NCBI GenBank assembly: GCA_048937405.1
Contig: JBHLNF010000001.1
Span: 288,001 to 352,000 of the forward strand
Length of the DNA stretch: 64,000 nucleotides
Reading direction: 5' to 3'
From: Promethearchaeota archaeon
Lineage (GTDB): Archaea > Asgardarchaeota > Lokiarchaeia > Sigyniarchaeales > SOKP01
Shown: one piece after another, positions 38,916-48,961 of the stretch
Layout of the letters: every line of letters starts with the position of its first letter
Position numbering within the stretch: the stretch's first letter is position 1
Position numbers and translations under genes: made by a program
The notes under the pieces: model-generated
What the model was told of the DNA's origin: nothing
Seen by the model: the letters and a program-made list of their open reading frames with translations, nothing else
Databases searched by the model: none

Positions 38916-40020
38916 CTAAATTTATATTATCTATTATTTTTTTAATATTTTCTGGACAAAATCCTTCTTTTTGTAGAAAACTATTATATATAGGAAGTCT
39001 CTCTTTGAGCCTATAACCCTCGTCTCTACAAATATTATTCAATCTATCAATTTGAGGCCATTTATTATCAGGATTTATATAATCAATTGTAAAGGGAGAA
39101 ATTCCTCCAAAATCATCAATGCCCATTTCAATAAAATCCTTTTCATACCCAGTTATAAGATTAGGTGGAACTTGAATAGCAATTTCATTTTCCAAAATAA
39201 TTCGGGCGATGCCTGTTATTCTGAGAATATCATCAATGCTAATGGGATTTTTAGGTTGATAGGCAATTCCTCTTTTTTTTACAAAATTCTGGATTATTAC
39301 TTCCTGAATATGACCATATTCATTATGGATATTCTTTATTAAATATAAATCTCTTATAACATCTTCAATATTTTCTCCAATCCCTATAAGCAAGCCGGTA
39401 GTAAATGGAATTTTTAATTTTCCAGCATTCCTAATATGATGTAATCTTTTTTTTGGAGTTTTTCCAGGAGAAAATTCATGTACACCCCCTTTTTTAAAAA
39501 GATTTAAGCTGGTGCTTTCGAGCATCAACCCCATACTAGCATTATATCTTTTTAGTTCCTTCATTTCATCATAGGTTAGAAGTCCTAAATTCGCATGTGG
39601 TAAAAAGTTTAAATCAAGCAATTTTTTACATAGTGTTTTTAAAAACACCATAAAATTTGAAAAGTTTCTTTTTTCTAACTCCCTTTTGACCTCAAGAAAG
39701 CTCTCAGGATTTTCTCCAGACATAACAAGAGCCTCTTTACAATTGAATTGAATAGCATTTTGAATTAATGTTTCTATTTGCTTATTATTTATTAATATTA
39801 AATTATCTTTATCATTTTGTTTGGGGATTTTATAATTATAGAAACAATATCCACACTGATTAACACAATAATTTGAAAGAGAAAGTGTAAAGTTTTTAGA
39901 ATAAGTAATTACTTTACGTTCTTCATTGGGTAATTCTGCCTTTATATCCTTAACCTTTTCTCTTAATCTCTTAAGATTCAAGCTTTTTAAATGATTTATT
40001 TTTATTTCTCCATTCATCAC
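38908..40020 (-). CDS. cofG: FO synthase subunit CofG
   Basis: ITYSKN, CVNQCGYC, SMGLMLE, IPFTTG, QEVIIQNF, QVPPNL. Confidence 0.9.
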   Translation of the reverse strand: MMNGEIKINHLKSLNLKRLREKVKDIKAELPNEERKVITYSKNFTLSLSNYCVNQCGYCFYNYKIPKQNDKDNLILINNKQIETLIQNAIQFNCKEALVMSGENPESFLEVKRELEKRNFSNFMVFLKTLCKKLLDLNFLPHANLGLLTYDEMKELKRYNASMGLMLESTSLNLFKKGGVHEFSPGKTPKKRLHHIRNAGKLKIPFTTGLLIGIGENIEDVIRDLYLIKNIHNEYGHIQEVIIQNFVKKRGIAYQPKNPISIDDILRITGIARIILENEIAIQVPPNLITGYEKDFIEMGIDDFGGISPFTIDYINPDNKWPQIDRLNNICRDEGYRLKERLPIYNSFLQKEGFCPENIKKIIDNINLDD

Positions 40021-40697
40021 TTCTTCCTTTTATAACTTAAAGTAACATAATAAGTCCTAATTTTCACATCAAAAAGGTCAAATCTAGGCGAACTACTAAT
40101 TTTTTCAAATCCAATTCCGTCAACAAGACTAGTTGCTTCTTTTCCCCCTACAATCCAAGGCGCTATAGTTAACCTTATTTCATCAATAAGATTTTTTTCT
40201 ACAAAACTCCAGTTCAAGGTACCCCCTCCTTCCAGCAATATCGAATTTATACCAAATTCTTTTAAGATAGATAAAAGCTTTAATATATTAACACGGTGAC
40301 CATCTCCCAATTGTATAACCCTAACCCCTTTTTCTTCATATAATTTTATTTTATTCAATGGAACATTTTCAGTCGTACAAATAATAGTAGGATAAATTTC
40401 TTGTTGAAAGGTAATAACATTAGATTCTAATGGAATTGTTAAATTACTGTCTAAAACAATCCTATAGTATCCTCTATGTTTATGATATTTAATATGCAAT
40501 TTTGGATTATCTTTCAAAATTGTTCCCTTTCCAACCATAATTGCGTCTACACTCGCACGAAGTCTATGGACGTCTCGCCAGTCTTTTTTATCAGAAAGAT
40601 CAGAATCTCCTGTCTTTGAGGCTATTTTACCATCAATAGTCATTGCTGCGCTTAAAATTACATATGGTTTATCAGATCCCATAGAATACACGTTCAA
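40017..40697 (-). CDS. arfC: 2,5-diamino-6-ribosylamino-4(3H)-pyrimidinone 5'-phosphate reductase (RibD C-terminal type)
   Basis: AMTIDGKI, DAIMVG.GT...DNP, LEGGGTLN. Confidence 0.88.
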   Translation of the reverse strand: MNVYSMGSDKPYVILSAAMTIDGKIASKTGDSDLSDKKDWRDVHRLRASVDAIMVGKGTILKDNPKLHIKYHKHRGYYRIVLDSNLTIPLESNVITFQQEIYPTIICTTENVPLNKIKLYEEKGVRVIQLGDGHRVNILKLLSILKEFGINSILLEGGGTLNWSFVEKNLIDEIRLTIAPWIVGGKEATSLVDGIGFEKISSSPRFDLFDVKIRTYYVTLSYKRKK

Positions 40698-40785
40698 ATT
40701 ATATTAGATCTTCTATATTTAAAATTTTATTATTACTGTCTTTTGGAATTAAAGAAAAATTAAAATTTTAACTTATTTAAATAAA

Positions 40786-41901
40786 TTAAAAAAAGGATTC
40801 TAAACCTGTTGATTGGATATTTCTAAATCTATAATTATATTTTGGTATATTAAATAATTTGATATTAGAAATTCTTTCAAATTCCTTTATTATAAAATCT
40901 TGCATCTGATTATAATTAGCTTTATAAGGAACAATTATCAATATGATATTATTATTTTTACACAATGTTTTTTTAACTTCATCTGTTTGGATTTGTCTCA
41001 AAAATTCTTGATAATTTTTATGAAAAAAATTTGGAAACTTATAGTGTTGAATTCCATTAAATTCAAAGCCCAATCTAAGAATTTTCTTCATTATTTGGAT
41101 TTCAGTATATCCATCTAAGTGCATCCGACCACTATATTTAGGGATTATTTTGGATAATGATATCTTGGAAAATTTTTTTTTAAAAATTTGTTCAAAAAAC
41201 CAGCGGCAAATTTCTTCACTTTTCCCTTCTGAACAATAAGGACACCAATGACCTCTTAAAACACTATCATATGTTGTGTTCCATGGTTTATGATTTTTAA
41301 TTCCACATTTCCATTTCAATATAATTTGACTTGGACTTTTTTTTTTCGTTAATTCTTCAAATTTATCTTTAGTTGTTAGTAGTTTACCAGCGATTCCATT
41401 TTCTTCTTTTCCTCTAAATTCTGCGATATCTTTGATTTTATCATATGTCTTGGGTCTATTTCCAGCACAATCTGGACACCAACTTCCCTGTTGTAAGCGA
41501 GTATAGGGTGCCTCCCATGTATTATGTTTAATATTCTCACATTTCCATTTTAACATAATTTGGCTTGGATTTTGATTTTTGTTTAATTTTTTAAAATCAT
41601 TTCTGGATGTTAATAGCTTTCCTCCTCTTTCCTCCGCAATTTTTTGACAATCTTCATATGTTTTAGGCAAGCAATTTCCTGCACATTCAGGACACCATGT
41701 ATTTTGTTGAATACTATTGTATGTTGTTGTCCAAGGATTATGTTCTTTAATTCCACACTTCCACTCCAGTGGAACTCTACTAGGTCTAAATTTATATTTT
41801 GATTTTAAGTAATTAAATTTACTTTTTGAACTAGATATCCTTCCTCCTCGTTGTCTTGCTATGTTCAAACAATCTTAATAAGATATTTTAGATTTAGGCA
41901 T
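40786..41901 (-). CDS. Tandem zinc-ribbon repeats plus C-terminal PD-(D/E)XK-like nuclease; in-frame TAA at codon 9 (possible pseudogene, or restart at TTG 41868)
   Basis: Three WKC...H.W...WCP.C repeats; HLDGY...FEFNGIQHY nuclease motif; ATG at 41901, TAA at 41877-41875. Confidence 0.7.
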
Positions 41902-42230
41902 GTTTTAAAATGAGTTTAATAAATATTCTGAATAAAATTAATGATTATAATTGAAAAATCTTTAATAACTCATACTCTTGATAAGTTTATCAATTTTTCA
42001 TTTCAAAATATACGATTTGAACACAACGAGAAGATATATAAACGTTCTATATAAATTTCTATAAATTTTACTGAGACTTGTGAAAAATGTTATATAAGGT
42101 AATATTCTTGGATTCCCATTTTAATTTTAACTGATTTTAGTATTAATTCTATATGAGAAATAATCTATATTCTTAATATAATATTTTTCCATCTATCGTC
42201 ATAGCAGCGCTCAAAATAATATAGGGCTTA

Positions 42231-43400
42231 TCACTTTCTTTCAAATACTACCTCTCCATTAATATATGTCCTAATTATATTTTCTGATTTTAATCTTTGA
42301 GTAATTATATCATATATATTATTAGAATTTAATTTAGATGTATATAAATTTGGATGACTGAGATCAACTAAAAAAAGATCCGCAGCTTTTTTTTTTGAGA
42401 TTGAGCCAAGTTCGTTTTCAAGGTTAAAGTTTTTGGCTGCGTTAACAGTTACCATCTTCAATAAATCTTTAGAAGTAATTTGCAATTCTTTATTATGACT
42501 GCATAGGACTCTTGAAATTCGATAAAAATATCGTATCTCTTCAAATAAATCAGTATTATTTACCATTAAATTATCTGTTCCTAATGATATCGGAATTTTT
42601 TTCCTAAGAATTTCGTTGATGGGGGGAAAACCCGTTCCAAAATATCCATTACAACGTGGACATAAAACATAAGATATATTTCTTTCAATTAATTTTTCTA
42701 AATCTTTTTCAATAAATTTCGTGCCATGAATAAGGACGTCAATAAAATTATCATTAAACAAGTTATTTAACAGTTTTTCATTACGAATGTTCTCAGCACA
42801 ATGACAAGCAATGATTTTCTTAGATTTCTGTTTAGCAGATAAAACATATTTTTTATTTGATGAAGTAATTTGTTTATAACTAGATAATCCAATACCATCT
42901 GCTAATTCAAAAACAGAATCTATTTCGCTTTCATCCATAAATCGCCCTAGGATCATAAACTTAATTGAGCTCTTCATGAGTGCTTTATTTAAAAGCTTTA
43001 TTCCCTCAACACCACCTTCTCTAAAATCAACAAAAAACGTAATACCATTTGAAAGCATTTCTAAAACAGTATTTTCAATTCCTTTAATTTTAATCTCTTT
43101 AGGTGTTTGTCTTAATAATTTATGTTTTAGACCATAAGGTGGAGCAACTATCTCTGCTAAATCTTTATTAAATCCTAATTCCTTGGCAAAACTATCTCCA
43201 ATATGGATATGTGAGTTAATAAAACCTGGAAGCATTAAAGAAGATTGATTATTTGGCAAAATCTCAAAATTTTCTCTTATATCATCATATGAAAGGTTTA
43301 TAATTCTCCCATTTTGATCAATTTCTAATTTAACATTTTGCTTTAAATCTAAATTCTCTCCAATTAAAGCATATTTGCTGAATAAGTATTTATTTGCCAT
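42231..43400 (-). CDS. Amidohydrolase family (metal-dependent deaminase-like)
   Basis: INSHIHIGDS, HCAE, IHG, CPR.N, GTDN; ATG 43400 preferred over 43499. Confidence 0.85.
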   Translation of the reverse strand: MANKYLFSKYALIGENLDLKQNVKLEIDQNGRIINLSYDDIRENFEILPNNQSSLMLPGFINSHIHIGDSFAKELGFNKDLAEIVAPPYGLKHKLLRQTPKEIKIKGIENTVLEMLSNGITFFVDFREGGVEGIKLLNKALMKSSIKFMILGRFMDESEIDSVFELADGIGLSSYKQITSSNKKYVLSAKQKSKKIIACHCAENIRNEKLLNNLFNDNFIDVLIHGTKFIEKDLEKLIERNISYVLCPRCNGYFGTGFPPINEILRKKIPISLGTDNLMVNNTDLFEEIRYFYRISRVLCSHNKELQITSKDLLKMVTVNAAKNFNLENELGSISKKKAADLFLVDLSHPNLYTSKLNSNNIYDIITQRLKSENIIRTYINGEVVFERK

Positions 43401-43493
43401 TAATTCATAAACAATGTAAATTATTTTAAATATTTCTAATCCTTTTAAAAAATAGAATAGAAAAAAATTACTTAATGAATCAAGTGATTTAAT

Positions 43494-44453
43494 ATTCATA
43501 AATTTAAAAAGGACTTACAAGATTCCGGTTCAGCAATAGATATTGCGATAGATAAAGTTGGAATTGTTGAATTAGAAAAAAAAGTTGAAATAGTTCAAGA
43601 AAATAAAAAATACTCCTTTTACCCCAAGATCTCAGCACTTATTGATCTCCCTGCACAACAACGAGGAATCCATATGTCACGGACATCCGAAACTATTGAA
43701 GAGGTTATAAATGAAGTTATTTACAAACCAACACCCACAATCGAATTAGTAGGTGATAGGATTGTTAGGAAATTACTCGAAAGACATCCATACACATCAA
43801 AAGCCGAAGTTAAATTAGAGGGAAAGATTATAGTCCAAGTTAGAGAAAATAATACTAGAAATATCCAAAAATCTTATGATATTAGTTCTTTTGTAAAAGC
43901 TAAAAGAGATGAAAAAGGACAGGTCGAATTTAATTACTTTATAGGAGCAAGTGCGGTAGGGATAACCGTATGTCCGTGTGCTAAAGAAATGTCACAAGAA
44001 TATGCCCAAGAAATTATTAAGACAAGAAAAGATATTAATGTCAATGAAGAAGACCTTAAGAAATTAATTAATATTCTTCCTTTTTCCTCGCATAATCAAA
44101 GATGTATTGGAACAATAATTGTACAAATAAAAGACTTAACTAATCATAAAGTTGATGTATTAGATATTATCGAGGTAATAGAGGATTCTATGAGTGGAAA
44201 AATACAATCTGTGTTAAAAAGACCAGAGGAAGCAGAGTTAGTAAGAAGTGCTCATTTAAAACCATTATTTTCGGAAGATGTAATTAGAGAAATGGCAAAA
44301 AATTTTATATTACGTGATTTTCCTAATATTGAAGATAATTTTGAAATTAAATTTAAAATTGAAAGTTTTGAATCAATTCATCCACATAATGTATATGCTG
44401 AATTGAAAACTACTATTGGTGCATTAAAGGAAAAATTAACTAAAAAGAAATAA
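43494..44453 (+). CDS. mptA: GTP cyclohydrolase MptA (FolE2 family); probable ATT start
   Basis: In-frame region upstream of the ATG at 43674 encodes DLQ...IDKVGI...DLPAQQRGIHMSR; also TVCPCA, SHNQR, KRPEE, ESIHPH. Confidence 0.9.
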   Translation: MHKFKKDLQDSGSAIDIAIDKVGIVELEKKVEIVQENKKYSFYPKISALIDLPAQQRGIHMSRTSETIEEVINEVIYKPTPTIELVGDRIVRKLLERHPYTSKAEVKLEGKIIVQVRENNTRNIQKSYDISSFVKAKRDEKGQVEFNYFIGASAVGITVCPCAKEMSQEYAQEIIKTRKDINVNEEDLKKLINILPFSSHNQRCIGTIIVQIKDLTNHKVDVLDIIEVIEDSMSGKIQSVLKRPEEAELVRSAHLKPLFSEDVIREMAKNFILRDFPNIEDNFEIKFKIESFESIHPHNVYAELKTTIGALKEKLTKKK

Positions 44454-44477
44454 CTTTTTGAAACTCAAATTCTAATC

Positions 44478-45617
44478 TTATCTTTTACTTCTTAGAAAAT
44501 GCTTTATAATTATTACATAATTTTTTACACTAATAATTTTAGGATTTCTCCTATAACTTGCAGGAATAGGTGCATTACATCGAGAACAGAGATTAGAACT
44601 TGTAAGCCAATCTTTAAATTCATCTGCGTGTGCGGGATATCTGCATTTAGGGCATAAAATTATCCCTCTACCATTATCTTTAGGAAATTCAGGCAATTTA
44701 AAACAAAAAATGCACTTAAAATCTTCTGACGAAATCCTTGCAGCTTTTGGTTTATATAAGTTAAAGTTTTTTGGTTTACTACTTACACTCTTATAAGTTT
44801 TTTTAGATTTTGAACTTGTAGTTCTTGTATGTATTGTTGGTGACGATCTTGTTGATTGGGATACGGAATTTGAAACACGAGAAACTGTCCTAGTTGATGG
44901 TCTTGAAGATGTTCTATTAATACTACGACTACTTTGTCTCTGAGGAGATGATATAGTATTTAATCTACTTGTCCTCTGTGTTATATAATCCCTGCTCAAA
45001 CGTGGTAATCGAGTGCTACTTCCAACTAATCCATGTATAACAAATATTGAAATTGTACTAATGAGAAGAAATAAAAGATTAAGGTCAATTAAAAAATTGA
45101 TAGGTGGTATTAAAGACTCATAAAAATCGATAAGTGAATAAAAACTAATCCAATATATAATTATAAATAAAATTATTGAAATACATATGAAATACCCAAA
45201 AAGACGTGCTTTCACTGATTTTCGACCAAAATAGATTACATTGTATTTTTTAAAACAACGATATAGAGAAATTGAACCATAAAATACATAAGGCAATCCA
45301 AATAATATACTCCACCAACTTAAATATAAATCTGAACCTTCTAAAAGATTTTCTCCTAATAAACCCGTAAAATTGCTCCAAATAGAATAAAAAATTCCAA
45401 CGAAAACAGGACAAACAACAAAAAAAGCAGTATTATGAGGAGAATTAAATTCTCTATATTGTTTAATACTTTTTAATACCTTATAAGAATAAATCAACCA
45501 GATTCCGATTAAAAACCAGGTTAAAAAAACATTAATGGAATTTAAAATAAGACCATGTATAATACCTATTAATATAAATATCCCCAGAAAAATTGCCACA
45601 GATTTAATTTTAACCAC
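44478..45617 (-). CDS. Multi-pass membrane protein with S/R/T-rich linker and C-terminal RING-like finger (putative E3)
   Basis: About 6 TM segments; CIFC-x16-CPKC-x4-H-x2-E..DW..CSRC. Confidence 0.75.
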   Translation of the reverse strand: MVKIKSVAIFLGIFILIGIIHGLILNSINVFLTWFLIGIWLIYSYKVLKSIKQYREFNSPHNTAFFVVCPVFVGIFYSIWSNFTGLLGENLLEGSDLYLSWWSILFGLPYVFYGSISLYRCFKKYNVIYFGRKSVKARLFGYFICISIILFIIIYWISFYSLIDFYESLIPPINFLIDLNLLFLLISTISIFVIHGLVGSSTRLPRLSRDYITQRTSRLNTISSPQRQSSRSINRTSSRPSTRTVSRVSNSVSQSTRSSPTIHTRTTSSKSKKTYKSVSSKPKNFNLYKPKAARISSEDFKCIFCFKLPEFPKDNGRGIILCPKCRYPAHADEFKDWLTSSNLCSRCNAPIPASYRRNPKIISVKNYVIIIKHFLRSKR

Positions 45618-45645
45618 AGTTTTAGTTCACCAAAATTCTTCTGTT

Positions 45646-46500
45646 TCAATTTTCATCATATTCAAGATAAACTGCTTTACCTTCAATTATTGGATTCATA
45701 AAATCTAGTATTTCAGGCAACATTTTTATGTCCAATGCCCCTTTAATCCCATAAACTAAGGGATACCATGCCCTAGTATTAAGATCGGATCTATAAATTT
45801 CAAAACCAGCTGATGTACCATCAATCAAATATGGATCAACTACTAATGCTACTGATTTATCCCATAGTCTTTGATATCTTGCATGTGTACCTATATCTTC
45901 ATTTGACATAAAACACCCATAAGATGGATGGGAATGATACCAACCGCATATAAATAATTTCTCTTTTCTAATCAGTTCAAATGCTTTTTCAAAACCAGAT
46001 TTGCGGTTTTTTTGAACTATCATTTCTGCATGAATTGCATTTCCATGACCAATAGGATAAGCATCTTCAATATGAAGAATATCTGTTTTCTTGTCTAATT
46101 TACCAGCTAAGAGTCCTATAACTTCTACCCAATTTCTCTTTGGAATATTTTTATTCGCGTATTTAAGTGCATGACTAGCAATTTTAAGAATAGGTTTCAC
46201 AGCAATATAAACCTCGCTATTAATTTCTTCTTCAGCTAATTCCAAAGATCTTCTTTTTTGTACAAATGTTTTGACTTCAATTGGGGGCTCTATTACCTTT
46301 TTATTTTCTTCAATTAATGCCTTTTCATTAATCAGGTTTTTTTGAGATCTAAAATATTCTTCTTTAAGTTCTTTATAAATTTCTTCAAGAACTTCAGCAT
46401 CTAATCTCTTTATAATCTCTTCTTTCCGTTTTTCTTTTAAAAATTTTTTTAATTCTTTTAATGAATCGTCTGGTTCATTTCCCATTAAAGTGTTCACCAC
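45646..46500 (-). CDS. JAMM/MPN+ deubiquitinase (Rpn11-like) with N-terminal coiled coil
   Basis: EVIGLL, GWYHSHPSYGCFMSNED, ALVVDP. Confidence 0.92.
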   Translation of the reverse strand: MVNTLMGNEPDDSLKELKKFLKEKRKEEIIKRLDAEVLEEIYKELKEEYFRSQKNLINEKALIEENKKVIEPPIEVKTFVQKRRSLELAEEEINSEVYIAVKPILKIASHALKYANKNIPKRNWVEVIGLLAGKLDKKTDILHIEDAYPIGHGNAIHAEMIVQKNRKSGFEKAFELIRKEKLFICGWYHSHPSYGCFMSNEDIGTHARYQRLWDKSVALVVDPYLIDGTSAGFEIYRSDLNTRAWYPLVYGIKGALDIKMLPEILDFMNPIIEGKAVYLEYDEN

Positions 46501-47021
46501 TTTTTATTTGCATACTTCTTTACAAGATTTTTTACTTTTTTCTCAAAAAGCTTCTGATTTTTCATCATTTCTATAGCAGCTTTCTTGTTAAAAACATCAG
46601 TTGGATTTACATACTTTCCACGTGTATTTAACATTGCAGTTATAGCCTGAACGACAGTCACAGCTGTTTTTGATGGACTCCACCCACCCTTTTTTCCAAC
46701 TAAAGAGGGATCGACTAGCGCTAAGCAAATATTCCTCTGTCCTTTATATTCATTTGGTTTTGCCCAAAAATTTGGATGCCATATTGGTGTATGTAATCTA
46801 ACAAAAGGTGGTTGTTTAGGATACTGAGCAGGAAACTTCATCTCTAATTTAAAGAGACCGCCTGCATAAGCAGTGCCTTTAGGACCTTTGATAGTCATTG
46901 CTAAATGATCAATACTTTTTCTATTTGGATTAAATGGTTTTAATTGGACGATAGTTCCTTGTTTATATAATTTTTTTAATCCAGCAAAATCTTGTGAAAT
47001 TCGACTACTTCTTATACTCAT
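46494..47021 (-). CDS. Ubiquitin-conjugating enzyme E2
   Basis: GPKGTAYAGG.F, FP.QYP..PP, HPN...ICL, W.P. Confidence 0.92.
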   Translation of the reverse strand: MSIRSSRISQDFAGLKKLYKQGTIVQLKPFNPNRKSIDHLAMTIKGPKGTAYAGGLFKLEMKFPAQYPKQPPFVRLHTPIWHPNFWAKPNEYKGQRNICLALVDPSLVGKKGGWSPSKTAVTVVQAITAMLNTRGKYVNPTDVFNKKAAIEMMKNQKLFEKKVKNLVKKYANKKW

Positions 47022-47129
47022 ATTTTATACCTTTACTTTATCTTTTTCTTTATATTAGATATTTAAATTTGTAGTTATATTTTTAATTATTTCATTAAAT
47101 TTTTGATATATCTGTTGTTGAATAAAACT

Positions 47130-48353
47130 TTATTTTAATTTTAATGTTATAAAAATTTCTCCAGCTGTAAATCCTGCGGCAGTTAAAAATTCATAGTTTC
47201 TTAAACCATTTTCTATTGGATTTTGTTCTAAATTGATTATTTTAATATCATTAAAGTCTAATGAGGTTATAACAGGCTCAAGATCAGGATCTAACTTAAA
47301 ACCATGCTTTTCTAAAATTTTAATTATGTTAATACATGGAGAGTTTGCTTTCAATTTTACAACATATCTCCTAACATTTTTTCCACATTGAGAGCATTCT
47401 GGATTTCTTTTCTTTTCTATATGATAAAATCTCATTGTTATAGCATTGAAAATAACATATGATTTGATTGGTTCACCCAAACCTTTATGACCTTTTTTCC
47501 AATGAAGAATCTTTATGACCTCATGTGATTGTAATGCAGAGATGACAGCATTGATGGTGATAATTCCTGGATCATGTCTATCAATAATCTTAACTATATC
47601 ATCTTCAGTATATTCTGGAAGGAATTTATGTTTATTTACTAATTCATTAGCAACTTTTTGAATATACTTTATATCATTAATATTTTTGGGATTAGGATCC
47701 CTTTCAAATTCTTCTTTAAAGGCCATGTCCCCTTTGAAAACACAATGAATTCTTTTTCTTGGTACTCCCACGACTGTACATGCCGCCATCTCGTCGCTTT
47801 CCACTTCTGGGAGTGGGTTGCATTCATAGCATGCATTTTTGTATGGAAAAACAGTATAAATGTGACCATGATACCCTGACACACCTCCATCTACTAATGG
47901 TTTTCTAAATCTGATACATTGAGCATTCAAATTTAACCGAGCGTTCATGGAATCAAGACCTCCTACAACAACATCAGCTGCTAGATATAATGCAGGGTTT
48001 AATCTTTCTAAGGAAGAATGATATCCCTTAATTGTTATATTTGGATTTATTTCCGCTAATTTTTTTGCTGCTACTGCGGCTTTAGGTTCTCCTAACTTAG
48101 CACCTGCAAATAAAATTTGACGATTCAAATTTGAATGTTCTATAATATCTAAATCCACTAAATCTATGTGACCTACACCTAACATAGCAAGGTTCTTTGC
48201 AATTTCACATCCTAATCCTCCTACTCCCACCATTAAAACTCGGGAATTCTTCACTAGTTTTTGTGACCATCCTTCAAGTCTAAATTGTCGGTCATATAAA
48301 TTTCTCTCTTCCAATGTGAGGTCTTTACTAAAAAAATCTGAACTCTTTTTCAA
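47130..48353 (-). CDS. Ubiquitin-activating enzyme E1 (Uba3/Uba2-like)
   Basis: YDRQ, GVGGLG, SNLNRQ, CYEC, catalytic ACT..VPR...HC, CSQC; TTG start after GGTGA SD. Confidence 0.92.
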   Translation of the reverse strand: MKKSSDFFSKDLTLEERNLYDRQFRLEGWSQKLVKNSRVLMVGVGGLGCEIAKNLAMLGVGHIDLVDLDIIEHSNLNRQILFAGAKLGEPKAAVAAKKLAEINPNITIKGYHSSLERLNPALYLAADVVVGGLDSMNARLNLNAQCIRFRKPLVDGGVSGYHGHIYTVFPYKNACYECNPLPEVESDEMAACTVVGVPRKRIHCVFKGDMAFKEEFERDPNPKNINDIKYIQKVANELVNKHKFLPEYTEDDIVKIIDRHDPGIITINAVISALQSHEVIKILHWKKGHKGLGEPIKSYVIFNAITMRFYHIEKKRNPECSQCGKNVRRYVVKLKANSPCINIIKILEKHGFKLDPDLEPVITSLDFNDIKIINLEQNPIENGLRNYEFLTAAGFTAGEIFITLKLK

Positions 48354-48375
48354 TATTATCACCAATAATAATAGT

Positions 48376-48410
48376 AAAAAAATAAAAAAATTTAGGGGCA
48401 TAAAGCCCTA
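48376..48410 (-). terminator. Hairpin plus U-tract between the Ubl and E1 genes
   Basis: Minus strand TAGGG-CTTTATGC-CCCTA followed by two T7 runs. Confidence 0.4.
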
Positions 48411-48442
48411 ATACTATAGTTTATGAAAAAAATTATATAAGT

Positions 48443-48781
48443 TTATCCCGCAGTGCTTGCTGGGATTAAAAGAATATCATCGCCATCGCTGACATTATAG
48501 TCTTTTAACGTATTATTTTCATCCATTGTAACTCCACCAGATGATAAGTGAAAGTCATTAGGATCAAGTCCATATAAATTACCTAATGTTTGCTTAATAT
48601 CACTTACATTGTTGCTATCATTGACAGTCAGTTTTTCCTTTTTTTCACCTGGACCGATTGTAGACATGAAATATAAAGTAAGCTTTTTTCCTGAAGCGGC
48701 GGGTGTTTTGCTACTTGCTGGGGTTTTTGATTTTAGAGGTTCTTCTCCTCCTAAATCCTCATCAAATTCATCAAAACTCAT
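48443..48781 (-). CDS. Ubiquitin-like modifier with disordered N-terminal extension, ending ...PASTAG
   Basis: Beta-grasp pattern V.DIK...L...G..M.E..TLKDYNV.DGD.I.L; first gene of the E1-E2-JAMM run. Confidence 0.88.
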   Translation of the reverse strand: MSFDEFDEDLGGEEPLKSKTPASSKTPAASGKKLTLYFMSTIGPGEKKEKLTVNDSNNVSDIKQTLGNLYGLDPNDFHLSSGGVTMDENNTLKDYNVSDGDDILLIPASTAG

Positions 48782-48961
48782 TCATAACACTTCTTTTTCT
48801 GTTATTTTTTATTTTATTTTTATTTTTAACTTAATAAAAACACGTGAAAAAGATATAATAAAACCCTTTGGAATGATTTTGAAGTTTTCAATTTTCAATT
48901 TGCGTATTAAAGTTTTCTAAATTAACTTTCTAACATAACAATCTTTTTTTCAAGATTATTC

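Noticed and set aside
41875-41877. In-frame TAA as evidence of stop-codon recoding
   Set aside because: TAA ends many genes in the window; a single GAA-to-TAA mutation is simpler.
43401-43499. ORF-track N-terminal extension of the amidohydrolase
   Set aside because: It spans the divergent promoter region and overlaps the probable mptA start; ATG 43400 fits better.
47803-47818. GC-rich hairpin (CCACT/AGTGG, approximate position) in E1 as a second intron candidate
   Set aside because: No BHB geometry, and the protein reads normally through the CYEC-to-catalytic Cys region.
48354-48401. Apparent hydrophobic signal peptide on E1 (MPLNFFIFLLLLL)
   Set aside because: It is the translation of a T-rich intergenic tract; GGTGA followed by TTG at 48353 is the better start.
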